Assembly (NCBI GenBank): GCA_964057225.1
Contig: OZ059896.1
Coordinates: 20,770,001-20,834,000, forward strand
Length of the DNA stretch: 64,000 nt
From: Auanema rhodensis
Taxonomy: Eukaryota > Animalia > Nematoda
Direction of reading: 5' to 3'
In this document: positions 39,051 through 55,000 of the stretch, piece by piece
How the letters are laid out: every line of letters starts with the position of its first letter
Numbering within the stretch: position 1 is the first letter of the stretch
Program-made: the position numbers and the translations under genes
Notes under the pieces: generated by a model
The model's input: only the letters and a program-made list of their open reading frames with translations
Told to the model about the DNA's origin: nothing
Database searches by the model: none

Positions 39051-42000
39051 CTATACTACATTGAGAAACGCTTGATACAAAAATTAGTTATGATCGTTTG
39101 AAAAATGATGCATTAGTGTATGTTGAGTTTCCATGTACACTCAACATTGCTTCCAAAAACAGTTTGACAAAAATTTTTTCGAAAAATTTCAAAATAATTT
39201 AGCAAAAAGTAGATATTTTTAGATTTCTTTTTTCAAGGCAAAGACGATGGACAATGTTATTCAACGAAAAAATTAATTCTTCAGGGTGAAAATCGAGGAT
39301 ATAAGTGTGAACTTATATCAGTTGATATCTCGGTGCATTTCTAAGCTAGCGCAAATCTGATAACACAGATCGACGCAGCTTAAAAATCCGCATCGAATGC
39401 ACTATACTTCATTGAGAAACGCTTAATACACAAATTAGTTATGATCGTTTGAAAAATGATGCATTAGTGTATGTTGAGTTTCCATGTACACTCAACATTG
39501 CTTCCAAAAACAGTTTGACAAAAATTTTTTCGAAAAATTTCAAAATAATTTAGCAAAAAGTAGATGTTTTTAGATTTCTTTTTTCAAGGCAAAGACGATG
39601 GACAATGTTATTCAACGAAAAAATTAATTCTTCAGGGTGAAAATCGAGGATATAAGTGTGAACTTATATCAGTTGATATCTCGGTGCATTTTTAAGCTAG
39701 CGCAAATCTGATAACACAAATCGACGCAGCTTAAAAATCCGCATCGAATGCACTATACTACATTGAGAAACGCTTGATACAAAAATTAGTTATGATCGTT
39801 TGAAAAATGATGCATTAGTGTATGTTGAGTTTCCATGTACACTCAACATTGCTTCCAAAAACATTTTGACAAAAATTTTTTCGAAAAATTTCAAAATAAT
39901 TTAGCAAAAAGTAGATGTTTTTAGATTCCATTTTTCAAGGCAAAGACGATAGACAATGTTATTCAACGAAAAAATTAATTCTTCAGGGTGAAAATCGAGG
40001 ATATAAGTGTGAACTTATATCAGTTGATATCTCGGTGCATTTTTAAGCTAGCGCAAATCTGATAACACAGATCGACGCAGCTTAAAAATCCGCATCGAAT
40101 GCACTATACTACATTGAGAAACGCTTAATACACAAATTAGTTATGATCGTTTGAAAAATGATGCATTAGTGTATGTTGAGTTTCCATGTACACTCAACAT
40201 TGCTTCCAAAAACAGTTTGACAAAAATTTTTTCGAAAAATTTCAAAATAATTTAGCAAAAAGTAGATGTTTTTAGATTTCTTTTTTCAAGGCAAAGACGA
40301 TGGACAATGTTATTCAACGAAAAAATTAATTCTTCAGGGTGAAAATCGAGGATATAAGTGTGAACTTATATCAGTTGATATCTCGGTGCATTTTTAAGCT
40401 AGCGCAAATCTGATAACACAGATCGACGCAGCTTAAAAATCCGCATCGAATGCACTATACTACATCAAGAAACGCTTGATACAAAAATTAGTTATGATCG
40501 TTTGAAAAATGATGCATTAGTGTATGTTGAGTTTCCATGTACACTCAACATTGCTTCCAAAAACATTTTGACAAAAATTTTTTCGAAAAATTTCAAAATA
40601 ATTTAGCAAGAAGTAGATGTTTTTAGATTTCTTTTTTCAAGGCAAAGACGATGGACAATGTTATTCAACGAAAAAATTAATTCTTCAGGGTGAAAATCGA
40701 GGATATAAGTGTGAACTTATATCAGTTGATATCTCGGTGCATTTTTAAGCTAGCGCAAATCTGATAACACAGATCGACGCAGCTTAAAAATCTGCATCGA
40801 ATGCACTATACTACATCAAGAAACGCTTGATACAAAAATTAGTTATGATCGTTTGAAAAATTATGCATTAGTGTATGTTGAGTTTCCATGTACACTCAAC
40901 ATTGCTTCCAAAAACATTTTGACAAAAATTTTTTCGAAAAATTTCAAAATAATTTAGCAAAAAGTAGATGTTTTTAGATTCCATTTTTCAAGGCAAAGAC
41001 GATAGACAATGTTATTCAACGAAAAAATTAATTCTTCAGGGTGAAAATCGAGGATATAAGTGTGAACTTATATCAGTTGATATCTCGGTGCATTTTTAAG
41101 CTAGCGCAAATCTGATAACACAGATCGACGCAGCTTAAAAATCCACATCGAATGCACTATACTACATTGAGAAACGCTTGATACAAAAATTAGTTATGAT
41201 CGTTTGAAAAATGATGCATTAGTGTATGTTGAGTTTCCATGTACACTCAACATTGCTTCCAAAAACATTTTGACAAAAATTTTTTCGAAAAATTTCAAAA
41301 TAATTTAGCAAAAAGTAGATGTTTTTAGATTCCTTTTTTCAAGGCAAAGACGATGGACAATGTTATTCAACGAAAAAATTAATTCTTCAGGGTGAAAATC
41401 GAGGATATAAGTGTGAACTTATATCAGTTGATATCTCGGTGCATTTTTAAGCTAGCGCAAATCTGATAACACAGATCGGCGCAGCTTAAAATCCGCATCG
41501 AATGCACTATACTACATTGAGAAACGCTTGATACAAAAATTAGTTATGATCGTTTGAAAAATGATGCATTAGTGTATGTTGAGTTTCCATGTACACTCAA
41601 CATTGCTTCCAAAAACATTTTGACAAAAATTTTTTCGAAAAATTTCAAAATAATTTAGCAAAAAGTAGATGTTTTTAGATTCCATTTTTCAAGGCAAAGA
41701 CGATAGACAATGTTATTCAACGAAAAAATTAATTCTTCAGGGTGAAAATCGAGGATATAAGTGTGAACTTATATCAGTTGATATCTCGGTGCATTTTTAA
41801 GCTAGCGCAAATCTGATAACACAGATCGGCGCAGCTTAAAATCCGCATCGAATGCACTATACTACATTGAGAAACGCTTGATACAAAAATTAGTTATGAT
41901 CGTTTGAAAAATGATGCATTAGTGTATGTTGAGTTTCCATGTACACTCAACATTGCTTCCAAAAACATTTTGACAAAAATTTTTTCGAAAAATTTCAAAA

Positions 42001-45000
42001 TAATTTAGCAAAAAGTAGATGTTTTTAGATTCCATTTTTCAAGGCAAAGACGATAGACAATGTTATTCAACGAAAAAATTAATTCTTCAGGGTGAAAATC
42101 GAGGATATAAGTGTGAACTTATATCAGTTGATATCTCGGTGCATTTTTAAGCTAGCGCAAATCTGATAACACAGATCGACGCAGCTTAAAAATCTGCATC
42201 GAATGCACTATACTACATCAAGAAACGCTTGATACAAAAATTAGTTATGATCGTTTGAAAAATGATGCATTAGTGTATGTTGAGTTTCCATGTACACTCA
42301 ACATTGCTTCCAAAAACATTTTGACAAAAATTTTTTCGAAAAATTTCAAAATAATTTAGCAAAAAGTAGATGTTTTTAGATTCCATTTTTCAAGGCAAAG
42401 ACGATGGACAATGTTATTCAACGAAAACATTAATTCTTCAGGGTGAAAATCGAGGATATAAGTGTGAACTTATATCAGTTGATATCTCGGTGCATTTTTA
42501 AGCTAGCGCAAATCTGATAACACAGATCGGCGCAGCTTAAAATCCGCATCGAATGCACTATACTACATTGAGAAACGCTCGATACAAAAATTAGTTATGA
42601 TCGTTTGAAAAATGATGCATTAGTGTATGTTGAGTTTCCATGTACACTCAACATTGCTTCCAAAAACAGTTTGACAAAAATTTTTTCGAAAAATTTCAAA
42701 ATAATTTAGCAAAAAGTAGATGTTTTTAGATTCCATTTTTCAAGGCAAAGACGATAGACAATGTTATTCAACGAAAAAATTAATTCTTCAGGGTGAAAAT
42801 CGAGGATATAAGTGTGAACTTATATCAGTTGATATCTCGGTGCATTTTTAAGCTAGCGCAAATCTGATAACACAGATCGACGCAGCTTAAAAATCCACAT
42901 CGAATGCACTATACTACATTGAGAAACGCTTGATACAAAAATTAGTTATGATCGTTTGAAAAATGATGCATTAGTGTATGTTGAGTTTCCATGTACACTC
43001 AACATTGCTTCCAAAAACATTTTGACAAAAATTTTTTCGAAAAATTTCAAAATAATTTAGCAAAAAGTAGATGTTTTTAGATTCCTTTTTTCAAGGCAAA
43101 GACGATGGACAATGTTATTCAACGAAAAAATTAATTCTTCAGGGTGAAAATCGAGGATATAAGTGTGAACTTATATCAGTTGATATCTCGGTGCATTTTT
43201 AAGCTAGCGCAAATCTGATAACACAGATCGGCGCAGCTTAAAATCCGCATCGAATGCACTATACTACATTGAGAAACGCTTGATACAAAAATTAGTTATG
43301 ATCGTTTGAAAAATGATGCATTAGTGTATGTTGAGTTTCCATGTACACTCAACATTGCTTCCAAAAACATTTTGACAAAAATTTTTTCGAAAAATTTCAA
43401 AATAATTTAGCAAAAAGTAGATGTTTTTAGATTCCATTTTTCAAGGCAAAGACGATAGACAATGTTATTCAACGAAAAAATTAATTCTTCAGGGTGAAAA
43501 TCGAGGATATAAGTGTGAACTTATATCAGTTGATATCTCGGTGCATTTTTAAGCTAGCGCAAATCTGATAACACAGATCGACGCAGCTTAAAAATCTGCA
43601 TCGAATGCACTATACTACATCAAGAAACGCTTGATACAAAAATTAGTTATGATCGTTTGAAAAATGATGCATTAGTGTATGTTGAGTTTCCATGTACACT
43701 CAACATTGCTTCCAAAAACATTTTGACAAAAATTTTTTCGAAAAATTTCAAAATAATTTAGCAAAAAGTAGATGTTTTTAGATTCCATTTTTCAAGGCAA
43801 AGACGATAGACAATGTTATTCAACGAAAAAATTAATTCTTCAGGGTGAAAATCGAGGATATATGTGTGAACTTATATCAGTTGATATCTCGGTGCATTTT
43901 TAAGCTAGCGCAAATCTGATAACACAGATCGACGCAGCTTAAAAATCCACATCGAATGCACTATACTACATTGAGAAACGCTTGATACAAAAATTAGTTA
44001 TGATCGTTTGAAAAATGATGCATTAGTGTATGTTGAGTTTCCATGTACACTCAACATTGCTTCCAAAAACATTTTGACAAAAATTTTTTCGAAAAATTTC
44101 AAAATAATTTAGCAAAAAGTAGATGTTTTTAGATTCCATTTTTCAAGGCAAAGACGATAGACAATGTTATTCAACGAAAAAATTAATTCTTCAGGGTGAA
44201 AATCGAGGATATAAGTGTGAACTTATATCAGTTGATATCTCGGTGCATTTTTAAGCTAGCGCAAATCTGATAACACAAATCGACGCAGCTTAAAAATCCG
44301 CATCGAATGCACTATACTACATTGAGAAACGCTTGATACAAAAATTAGTTATGATCGTTTGAAAAATGATGCATTAGTGTATGTTGAGTTTCCATGTACA
44401 CTCAACATTGCTTCCAAAAACATTTTGACAAAAATTTTTTCGAAAAATTTCAAAATAATTTAGCAAAAAGTAGATGTTTTTAGATTCCATTTTTCAAGGC
44501 GAAGACGATAGACAATGTTATTCAACGAAAAAATTAATTCTTCAGGGTGAAAATCGAGGATATAAGTGTGAACTTATATCAGTTGATATCTCGGTGCATT
44601 TTTAAGCTAGCGCAAATCTGATAACACAGATCGACGCAGCTTAAAAATCCACATCGAATGCACTATACTACATTGAGAAACGCTTGATACAAAAATTAGT
44701 TATGATCGTTTGAAAAATGATGCATTAGTGTATGTTGAGTTTCCATGTACACTCAACATTGCTTCCAAAAACATTTTGACAAAAATTTTTTCGAAAAATT
44801 TCAAAATAATTTAGCAAAAAGTAGATGTTTTTAGATTCCTTTTTTCAAGGCAAAGACGATGGACAATGTTATTCAACGAAAAAATTAATTCTTCAGGGTG
44901 AAAATCGAGGATATAAGTGTGAACTTATATCAGTTGATATCTCGGTGCATTTTTAAGCTAGCGCAAATCTGATAACACAAATCGACGCAGCTTAAAAATC

Positions 45001-48000
45001 CGCATCGAATGCACTGTACTACATTGAGAAACGCTTGATACAAAAATTAGTTATGATCGTTTGAAAAATGATGCATTAGTGTATGTTGAGTTTCCATGTA
45101 CACTCAACATTGCTTCCAAAAACATTTTGACAAAAATTTTTTCGAAAAATTTCAAAATAATTTAGCAAAAAGTAGATGTTTTCAGATTCCATTTTTCAAG
45201 ACAAAGACGATAGACAATGTTATTCAACGAAAAAATTAATTCTTCAGGGTGAAAATCGAGGATATAAGTGTGAACTTATATCAGTTGATATCTCGGTGCA
45301 TTTTTAAGCTAGCGCAAATCTGATAACACAGATCGGCGCAGCTTAAAATCCGCATCGAATGCACTATACTACATTGAGAAACGCTTGATACAAAAATTAG
45401 TTATGATCGTTTGAAAAATGATGCATTAGTGTATGTTGAGTTTCCATGTACACTCAACATTGCTTCCAAAAACAGTTTGACAAAAATTTTTTCGAAAAAT
45501 TTCAAAATAATTTAGCAAAAAGTAGATATTTTCAGATTTCTTTTTTCAAGGCAAAGACGATGGACAATGTTATTCAACGAAAAAATTAATTCTTCAGGGT
45601 GAAAATCGAGGATATAAGTGTGAACTTATATCAGTTGATATCTCGGTGCATTTCTAAGCTAGCGCAAATCTGATAACACAGATCGACGCAGCTTAAAAAT
45701 CCGCATCGAATGCACTATACTTCATTGAGAAACGCTTAATACACAAATTAGTTATGATCGTTTGAAAAATGATGCATTAGTGTATGTTGAGTTTCCATGT
45801 ACACTCAACATTGCTTCCAAAAACAGTTTGACAAAAATTTTTTCGAAAAATTTCAAAATAATTTAGCAAAAAGTAGATGTTTTTAGATTTCTTTTTTCAA
45901 GGCAAAGACGATGGACAATGTTATTCAACGAAAAAATTAATTCTTCAGGGTGAAAATCGAGGATATAAGTGTGAACTTATATCAGTTGATATCTCGGTGC
46001 ATTTTTAAGCTAGCGCAAATCTGATAACACAGATCGACGCAGCTTAAAAATCCGCATCGAATGCACTATACTACATTGAGAAACGCTTAATACACAAATT
46101 AGTTATGATCGTTTGAAAAATGATGCATTAGTGTATGTTGAGTTTCCATGTACACTCAACATTGCTTCCAAAAACAGTTTGACAAAAATTTTTTCGAAAA
46201 ATTTCAAAATAATTTAGCAAAAAGTAGATGTTTTTAGATTTCTTTTTTCAAGGCAAAGACGATGGACAATGTTATTCAACGAAAAAATTAATTCTTCAGG
46301 GTGAAAATCGAGGATATAAGTGTGAACTTATATCAGTTGATATCTCGGTGCATTTTTAAGCTAGCGCAAATCTGATAACACAGATCGACGCAGCTTAAAA
46401 ATCCGCATCGAATGCACTATACTACATCAAGAAACGCTTGATACAAAAATTAGTTATGATCGTTTGAAAAATGATGCATTAGTGTATGTTGAGTTTCCAT
46501 GTACACTCAACATTGCTTCCAAAAACATTTTGACAAAAATTTTTTCGAAAAATTTCAAAATAATTTAGCAAGAAGTAGATGTTTTTAGATTTCTTTTTTC
46601 AAGGCAAAGACGATGGACAATGTTATTCAACGAAAAAATTAATTCTTCAGGGTGAAAATCGAGGATATAAGTGTGAACTTATATCAGTTGATATCTCGGT
46701 GCATTTTTAAGCTAGCGCAAATCTGATAACACAGATCGACGCAGCTTAAAAATCTGCATCGAATGCACTATACTACATCAAGAAACGCTTGATACAAAAA
46801 TTAGTTATGATCGTTTGAAAAATTATGCATTAGTGTATGTTGAGTTTCCATGTACACTCAACATTGCTTCCAAAAACATTTTGACAAAAATTTTTTCGAA
46901 AAATTTCAAAATAATTTAGCAAAAAGTAGATGTTTTTAGATTCCATTTTTCAAGGCAAAGACGATAGACAATGTTATTCAACGAAAAAATTAATTCTTCA
47001 GGGTGAAAATCGAGGATATAAGTGTGAACTTATATCAGTTGATATCTCGGTGCATTTTTAAGCTAGCGCAAATCTGATAACACAGATCGACGCAGCTTAA
47101 AAATCCACATCGAATGCACTATACTACATTGAGAAACGCTTGATACAAAAATTAGTTATGATCGTTTGAAAAATGATGCATTAGTGTATGTTGAGTTTCC
47201 ATGTACACTCAACATTGCTTCCAAAAACATTTTGACAAAAATTTTTTCGAAAAATTTCAAAATAATTTAGCAAAAAGTAGATGTTTTTAGATTCCTTTTT
47301 TCAAGGCAAAGACGATGGACAATGTTATTCAACGAAAAAATTAATTCTTCAGGGTGAAAATCGAGGATATAAGTGTGAACTTATATCAGTTGATATCTCG
47401 GTGCATTTTTAAGCTAGCGCAAATCTGATAACACAGATCGGCGCAGCTTAAAATCCGCATCGAATGCACTATACTACATTGAGAAACGCTTGATACAAAA
47501 ATTAGTTATGATCGTTTGAAAAATGATGCATTAGTGTATGTTGAGTTTCCATGTACACTCAACATTGCTTCCAAAAACATTTTGACAAAAATTTTTTCGA
47601 AAAATTTCAAAATAATTTAGCAAAAAGTAGATGTTTTTAGATTCCATTTTTCAAGGCAAAGACGATAGACAATGTTATTCAACGAAAAAATTAATTCTTC
47701 AGGGTGAAAATCGAGGATATAAGTGTGAACTTATATCAGTTGATATCTCGGTGCATTTTTAAGCTAGCGCAAATCTGATAACACAGATCGGCGCAGCTTA
47801 AAATCCGCATCGAATGCACTATACTACATTGAGAAACGCTTGATACAAAAATTAGTTATGATCGTTTGAAAAATGATGCATTAGTGTATGTTGAGTTTCC
47901 ATGTACACTCAACATTGCTTCCAAAAACATTTTGACAAAAATTTTTTCGAAAAATTTCAAAATAATTTAGCAAAAAGTAGATGTTTTTAGATTCCATTTT

Positions 48001-51000
48001 TCAAGGCAAAGACGATAGACAATGTTATTCAACGAAAAAATTAATTCTTCAGGGTGAAAATCGAGGATATAAGTGTGAACTTATATCAGTTGATATCTCG
48101 GTGCATTTTTAAGCTAGCGCAAATCTGATAACACAGATCGACGCAGCTTAAAAATCTGCATCGAATGCACTATACTACATCAAGAAACGCTTGATACAAA
48201 AATTAGTTATGATCGTTTGAAAAATGATGCATTAGTGTATGTTGAGTTTCCATGTACACTCAACATTGCTTCCAAAAACATTTTGACAAAAATTTTTTCG
48301 AAAAATTTCAAAATAATTTAGCAAAAAGTAGATGTTTTTAGATTCCATTTTTCAAGGCAAAGACGATGGACAATGTTATTCAACGAAAACATTAATTCTT
48401 CAGGGTGAAAATCGAGGATATAAGTGTGAACTTATATCAGTTGATATCTCGGTGCATTTTTAAGCTAGCGCAAATCTGATAACACAGATCGGCGCAGCTT
48501 AAAATCCGCATCGAATGCACTATACTACATTGAGAAACGCTCGATACAAAAATTAGTTATGATCGTTTGAAAAATGATGCATTAGTGTATGTTGAGTTTC
48601 CATGTACACTCAACATTGCTTCCAAAAACAGTTTGACAAAAATTTTTTCGAAAAATTTCAAAATAATTTAGCAAAAAGTAGATGTTTTTAGATTCCATTT
48701 TTCAAGGCAAAGACGATAGACAATGTTATTCAACGAAAAAATTAATTCTTCAGGGTGAAAATCGAGGATATAAGTGTGAACTTATATCAGTTGATATCTC
48801 GGTGCATTTTTAAGCTAGCGCAAATCTGATAACACAGATCGACGCAGCTTAAAAATCCACATCGAATGCACTATACTACATTGAGAAACGCTTGATACAA
48901 AAATTAGTTATGATCGTTTGAAAAATGATGCATTAGTGTATGTTGAGTTTCCATGTACACTCAACATTGCTTCCAAAAACATTTTGACAAAAATTTTTTC
49001 GAAAAATTTCAAAATAATTTAGCAAAAAGTAGATGTTTTTAGATTCCTTTTTTCAAGGCAAAGACGATGGACAATGTTATTCAACGAAAAAATTAATTCT
49101 TCAGGGTGAAAATCGAGGATATAAGTGTGAACTTATATCAGTTGATATCTCGGTGCATTTTTAAGCTAGCGCAAATCTGATAACACAGATCGGCGCAGCT
49201 TAAAATCCGCATCGAATGCACTATACTACATTGAGAAACGCTTGATACAAAAATTAGTTATGATCGTTTGAAAAATGATGCATTAGTGTATGTTGAGTTT
49301 CCATGTACACTCAACATTGCTTCCAAAAACATTTTGACAAAAATTTTTTCGAAAAATTTCAAAATAATTTAGCAAAAAGTAGATGTTTTTAGATTCCATT
49401 TTTCAAGGCAAAGACGATAGACAATGTTATTCAACGAAAAAATTAATTCTTCAGGGTGAAAATCGAGGATATAAGTGTGAACTTATATCAGTTGATATCT
49501 CGGTGCATTTTTAAGCTAGCGCAAATCTGATAACACAGATCGACGCAGCTTAAAAATCTGCATCGAATGCACTATACTACATCAAGAAACGCTTGATACA
49601 AAAATTAGTTATGATCGTTTGAAAAATGATGCATTAGTGTATGTTGAGTTTCCATGTACACTCAACATTGCTTCCAAAAACATTTTGACAAAAATTTTTT
49701 CGAAAAATTTCAAAATAATTTAGCAAAAAGTAGATGTTTTTAGATTCCATTTTTCAAGGCAAAGACGATAGACAATGTTATTCAACGAAAAAATTAATTC
49801 TTCAGGGTGAAAATCGAGGATATATGTGTGAACTTATATCAGTTGATATCTCGGTGCATTTTTAAGCTAGCGCAAATCTGATAACACAGATCGACGCAGC
49901 TTAAAAATCCACATCGAATGCACTATACTACATTGAGAAACGCTTGATACAAAAATTAGTTATGATCGTTTGAAAAATGATGCATTAGTGTATGTTGAGT
50001 TTCCATGTACACTCAACATTGCTTCCAAAAACATTTTGACAAAAATTTTTTCGAAAAATTTCAAAATAATTTAGCAAAAAGTAGATGTTTTTAGATTCCA
50101 TTTTTCAAGGCAAAGACGATAGACAATGTTATTCAACGAAAAAATTAATTCTTCAGGGTGAAAATCGAGGATATAAGTGTGAACTTATATCAGTTGATAT
50201 CTCGGTGCATTTTTAAGCTAGCGCAAATCTGATAACACAAATCGACGCAGCTTAAAAATCCGCATCGAATGCACTATACTACATTGAGAAACGCTTGATA
50301 CAAAAATTAGTTATGATCGTTTGAAAAATGATGCATTAGTGTATGTTGAGTTTCCATGTACACTCAACATTGCTTCCAAAAACATTTTGACAAAAATTTT
50401 TTCGAAAAATTTCAAAATAATTTAGCAAAAAGTAGATGTTTTTAGATTCCATTTTTCAAGGCGAAGACGATAGACAATGTTATTCAACGAAAAAATTAAT
50501 TCTTCAGGGTGAAAATCGAGGATATAAGTGTGAACTTATATCAGTTGATATCTCGGTGCATTTTTAAGCTAGCGCAAATCTGATAACACAGATCGACGCA
50601 GCTTAAAAATCCACATCGAATGCACTATACTACATTGAGAAACGCTTGATACAAAAATTAGTTATGATCGTTTGAAAAATGATGCATTAGTGTATGTTGA
50701 GTTTCCATGTACACTCAACATTGCTTCCAAAAACATTTTGACAAAAATTTTTTCGAAAAATTTCAAAATAATTTAGCAAAAAGTAGATGTTTTTAGATTC
50801 CTTTTTTCAAGGCAAAGACGATGGACAATGTTATTCAACGAAAAAATTAATTCTTCAGGGTGAAAATCGAGGATATAAGTGTGAACTTATATCAGTTGAT
50901 ATCTCGGTGCATTTTTAAGCTAGCGCAAATCTGATAACACAAATCGACGCAGCTTAAAAATCCGCATCGAATGCACTATACTACATTGAGAAACGCTTGA

Positions 51001-51228
51001 TACAAAAATTAGTTATGATCGTTTGAAAAATGATGCATTAGTGTATGTTGAGTTTCCATGTACACTCAACATTGCTTCCAAAAACATTTTGACAAAAATT
51101 TTTTCGAAAAATTTCAAAATAATTTAGCAAAAAGTAGATGTTTTCAGATTCCATTTTTCAAGACAAAGACGATAGACAATGTTATTCAACGAAAAAATTA
51201 ATTCTTCAGGGTGAAAATCGAGGATATA
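39051..51228. repeat. Large 17/18-monomer duplication (offsets 5962 and 6313 bp)
   Basis: Offset 5962: 40862/46824, 42428/48390, 42580/48542, 44501/50463, 45183/51145, 45201/51163. Offset 6313: 39341/45654, 39409/45722. Confidence 0.92.
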
Positions 51229-54200
51229 TGTGTGAACTTATATCAGTTGATATCTCGGTGCATTTTTAAGCTAGCGCAAATCTGATAACACAGATCGACG
51301 CAGCTTAAAAATCCACATCGAATACACTATACCACATTGAGAAACGCTTGATACAAAAATTAGTTATGATCGTTTGAAAAATGATGCATTAGTGTATGTT
51401 GAGTTTCCATGTACACTCAACATTGCTTCCAAAAACATTTTGACAAAAATTTTTTCGAAAAATTTCAAAATAATTTAGCAAAAAGTAGATGTTTTTAGAT
51501 TCCTTTTTTCAAGGCAAAGACGATGGACAATGTTATTCAACGAAAAAATTAATTCTTCAGGGTGAAAATCGAGGATATAAGTGTGAACTTATATCAGTTG
51601 ATATCTCGGTGCATTTTTAAGCTAGCGCAAATCTGATAACACAGATCGGAGCAGCTTAAAATCCGCATCGAATGCACTATACTACATTGAGAAACGCTCG
51701 ATACAAAAATTAGTTATGATCGTTTGAAAAATGATGCATTAGTGTATGTTGAGTTTCCATGTACACTCAACATTGCTTCCAAAAACAGTTTGACAAAAAT
51801 TTTTTCGAAAAATTTCAAAATAATTTAGCAAAAAGTAGATGTTTTTAGATTCCCTTTTTCAAGGCAAAGACGATAGACAATGTTATTCAACGAAAAAATT
51901 AATTCTTCAGGGTGAAAATCGAGGATATAAGTGTGAACTTATATCAGTTGATATCTCGGTGCATTTTTAAGCTAGCGCAAATCTGATAACACAGATCGAC
52001 GCAGCTTAAAAATCCGCAACGAATGCACTATACTACATCAAGAAACGCTTGATACGAAAATTAGTTATGATCGTTTGAAAAATGATGCATTAGTGTATGT
52101 TGAGTTTCCATGTACACTCAACATTGCTTCCAAAAACATTTTGACAAAAATTTTTTCGAAAAATTTCAAGATAATTTAGCAAAAAGTAGATGTTTTTAGA
52201 TTCCATTTTTCAAGGCAAAGACGATAGACAATGTTATTCAACGAAAAAATTAATTCTTCAGGGTGAAAATCGAGGATATAAGTGTGAACTTATATCAGTT
52301 GATATCTCGGTGCATTTTTAAGCTAGCGCAAATCTGATAACACAGATCGACGCAGCTTAAAAATCCACATCGAATGCACTATACTACATTGAGAAACGCT
52401 TGATACAAAAATTAGTTATGATCGTTTGAAAAATGATGCATTAGTGTATGTTGAGTTTCCATGTACACTCAACATTGCTTCCAAAAACATTTTGACAAAA
52501 ATTTTTTCGAAAAATTTCAAAATAATTTAGCAAAAAGTAGATGTTTTTAGATTCCTTTTTTCAAGGCAAAGACGATGGACAATGTTATTCAACGAAAAAA
52601 TTAATTCTTCAGGGTGAAAATCGAGGATATAAGTGTGAACTTATATCAGTTGATATCTCGGTGCATTTTTAAGCTAGCGCAAATCTGATAACACAGATCG
52701 GAGCAGCTTAAAATCCGCATCGAATGCACTATACTACATTGAGAAACGCTCGATACAAAAATTAGTTATGATCGTTTGAAAAATGATGCATTAGTGTATG
52801 TTGAGTTTCCATGTACACTCAACATTGCTTCCAAAAACAGTTTGACAAAAATTTTTTCGAAAAATTTCAAAATAATTTAGCAAAAAGTAGATGTTTTTAG
52901 ATTCCCTTTTTCAAGGCAAAGACGATAGACAATGTTATTCAACGAAAAAATTAATTCTTCAGGGTGAAAATCGAGGATATAAGTGTGAACTTATATCAGT
53001 TGATATCTCGGTGCATTTTTAAGCTAGCGCAAATCTGATAACACAGATCGACGCAGCTTAAAAATCCGCAACGAATGCACTATACTACATCAAGAAACGC
53101 TTGATACGAAAATTAGTTATGATCGTTTGAAAAATGATGCATTAGTGTATGTTGAGTTTCCATGTACACTCAACATTGCTTCCAAAAACATTTTGACAAA
53201 AATTTTTTCGAAAAATTTCAAAATAATTTAGCAAAAAGTAGATGTTTTTAGATTCCATTTTTCAAGGCAAAGACGATAGACAATGTTATTCAACGAAAAA
53301 ATTAATTCTTTAGGGTGAAAATCGAGGATATAAGTGTGAACTTATATCAGTTGATATCTCGGTGCATTTTTAAGCTAGCGCAAATCTGATAACACAGATC
53401 GACGCAGCTTAAAAATCCACATCGAATGCACTATACTACATTGAGAAACGCTTGATACAAAAATTAGTTATGATCGTTTGAAAAATGATGCATTAGTGTA
53501 TGTTGAGTTTCCATGTACACTCAACATTGCTTCCAAAAACATTTTGACAAAAATTTTTTCGAAAAATTTCAAAATAATTTAGCAAAAAGTAGATGTTTTT
53601 AGATTCCTTTTTTCAAGGCAAAGACGATGGACAATGTTATTCAACGAAAAAATTAATTCTTCAGGGTGAAAATCGAGGATATAAGTGTGAACTTATATCA
53701 GTTGATATCTCGGTGCATTTTTAAGCTAGCGCAAATCTGATAACACAAATCGACGCAGCTTAAAAATCCGCATCGAATGCACTATACTACATTGAGAAAC
53801 GCTTGATACAAAAATTAGTTATGATCGTTTGAAAAATGATGCATTAGTGTATGTTGAGTTTCCATGTACACTCAACATTGCTTCCAAAAACATTTTGACA
53901 AAAATTTTTTCGAAAAATTTCAAAATAATTTAGCAAAAAGTAGATGTTTTCAGATTCCATTTTTCAAGGCAAAGACGATAGACAATGTTATTCAACGAAA
54001 AAATTAATTCTTCAGGGTGAAAATCGAGGATATATGTGTGAACTTATATCAGTTGATATCTCGGTGCATTTTTAAGCTAGCGCAAATCTGATAACACAGA
54101 TCGACGCAGCTTAAAAATCCACATCGAATACACTATACCACATTGAGAAACGCTTGATACAAAAATTAGTTATGATCGTTTGAAAAATGATGCATTAGTG

Positions 54201-55000
54201 TATGTTGAGTTTCCATGTACACTCAACATTGCTTCCAAAAACATTTTGACAAAAATTTTTTCGAAAAATTTCAAAATAATTTAGCAAAAAGTAGATGTTT
54301 TTAGATTCCTTTTTTCAAGGCAAAGACGATGGACAATGTTATTCAACGAAAAAATTAATTCTTCAGGGTGAAAATCGAGGATATAAGTGTGAACTTATAT
54401 CAGTTGATATCTCGGTGCATTTTTAAGCTAGCGCAAATCTGATAACACAGATCGGAGCAGCTTAAAATCCGCATCGAATGCACTATACTACATTGAGAAA
54501 CGCTCGATACAAAAATTAGTTATGATCGTTTGAAAAATGATGCATTAGTGTATGTTGAGTTTCCATGTACACTCAACATTGCTTCCAAAAACAGTTTGAC
54601 AAAAATTTTTTCGAAAAATTTCAAAATAATTTAGCAAAAAGTAGATGTTTTTAGATTCCCTTTTTCAAGGCAAAGACGATAGACAATGTTATTCAACGAA
54701 AAAATTAATTCTTCAGGGTGAAAATCGAGGATATAAGTGTGAACTTATATCAGTTGATATCTCGGTGCATTTTTAAGCTAGCGCAAATCTGATAACACAG
54801 ATCGACGCAGCTTAAAAATCCGCAACGAATGCACTATACTACATCAAGAAACGCTTGATACGAAAATTAGTTATGATCGTTTGAAAAATGATGCATTAGT
54901 GTATGTTGAGTTTCCATGTACACTCAACATTGCTTCCAAAAACATTTTGACAAAAATTTTTTCGAAAAATTTCAAAATAATTTAGCAAAAAGTAGATGTT
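50976..55000. repeat. 8-monomer-offset duplication (2806 bp) with nested trimer (1052 bp)
   Basis: aatacactataccac 51324/54130. cggagc at 51650, 52702 and 54456, accompanied by the tccct, gcaacg and tacgaa variants in the same three places. Confidence 0.85.
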
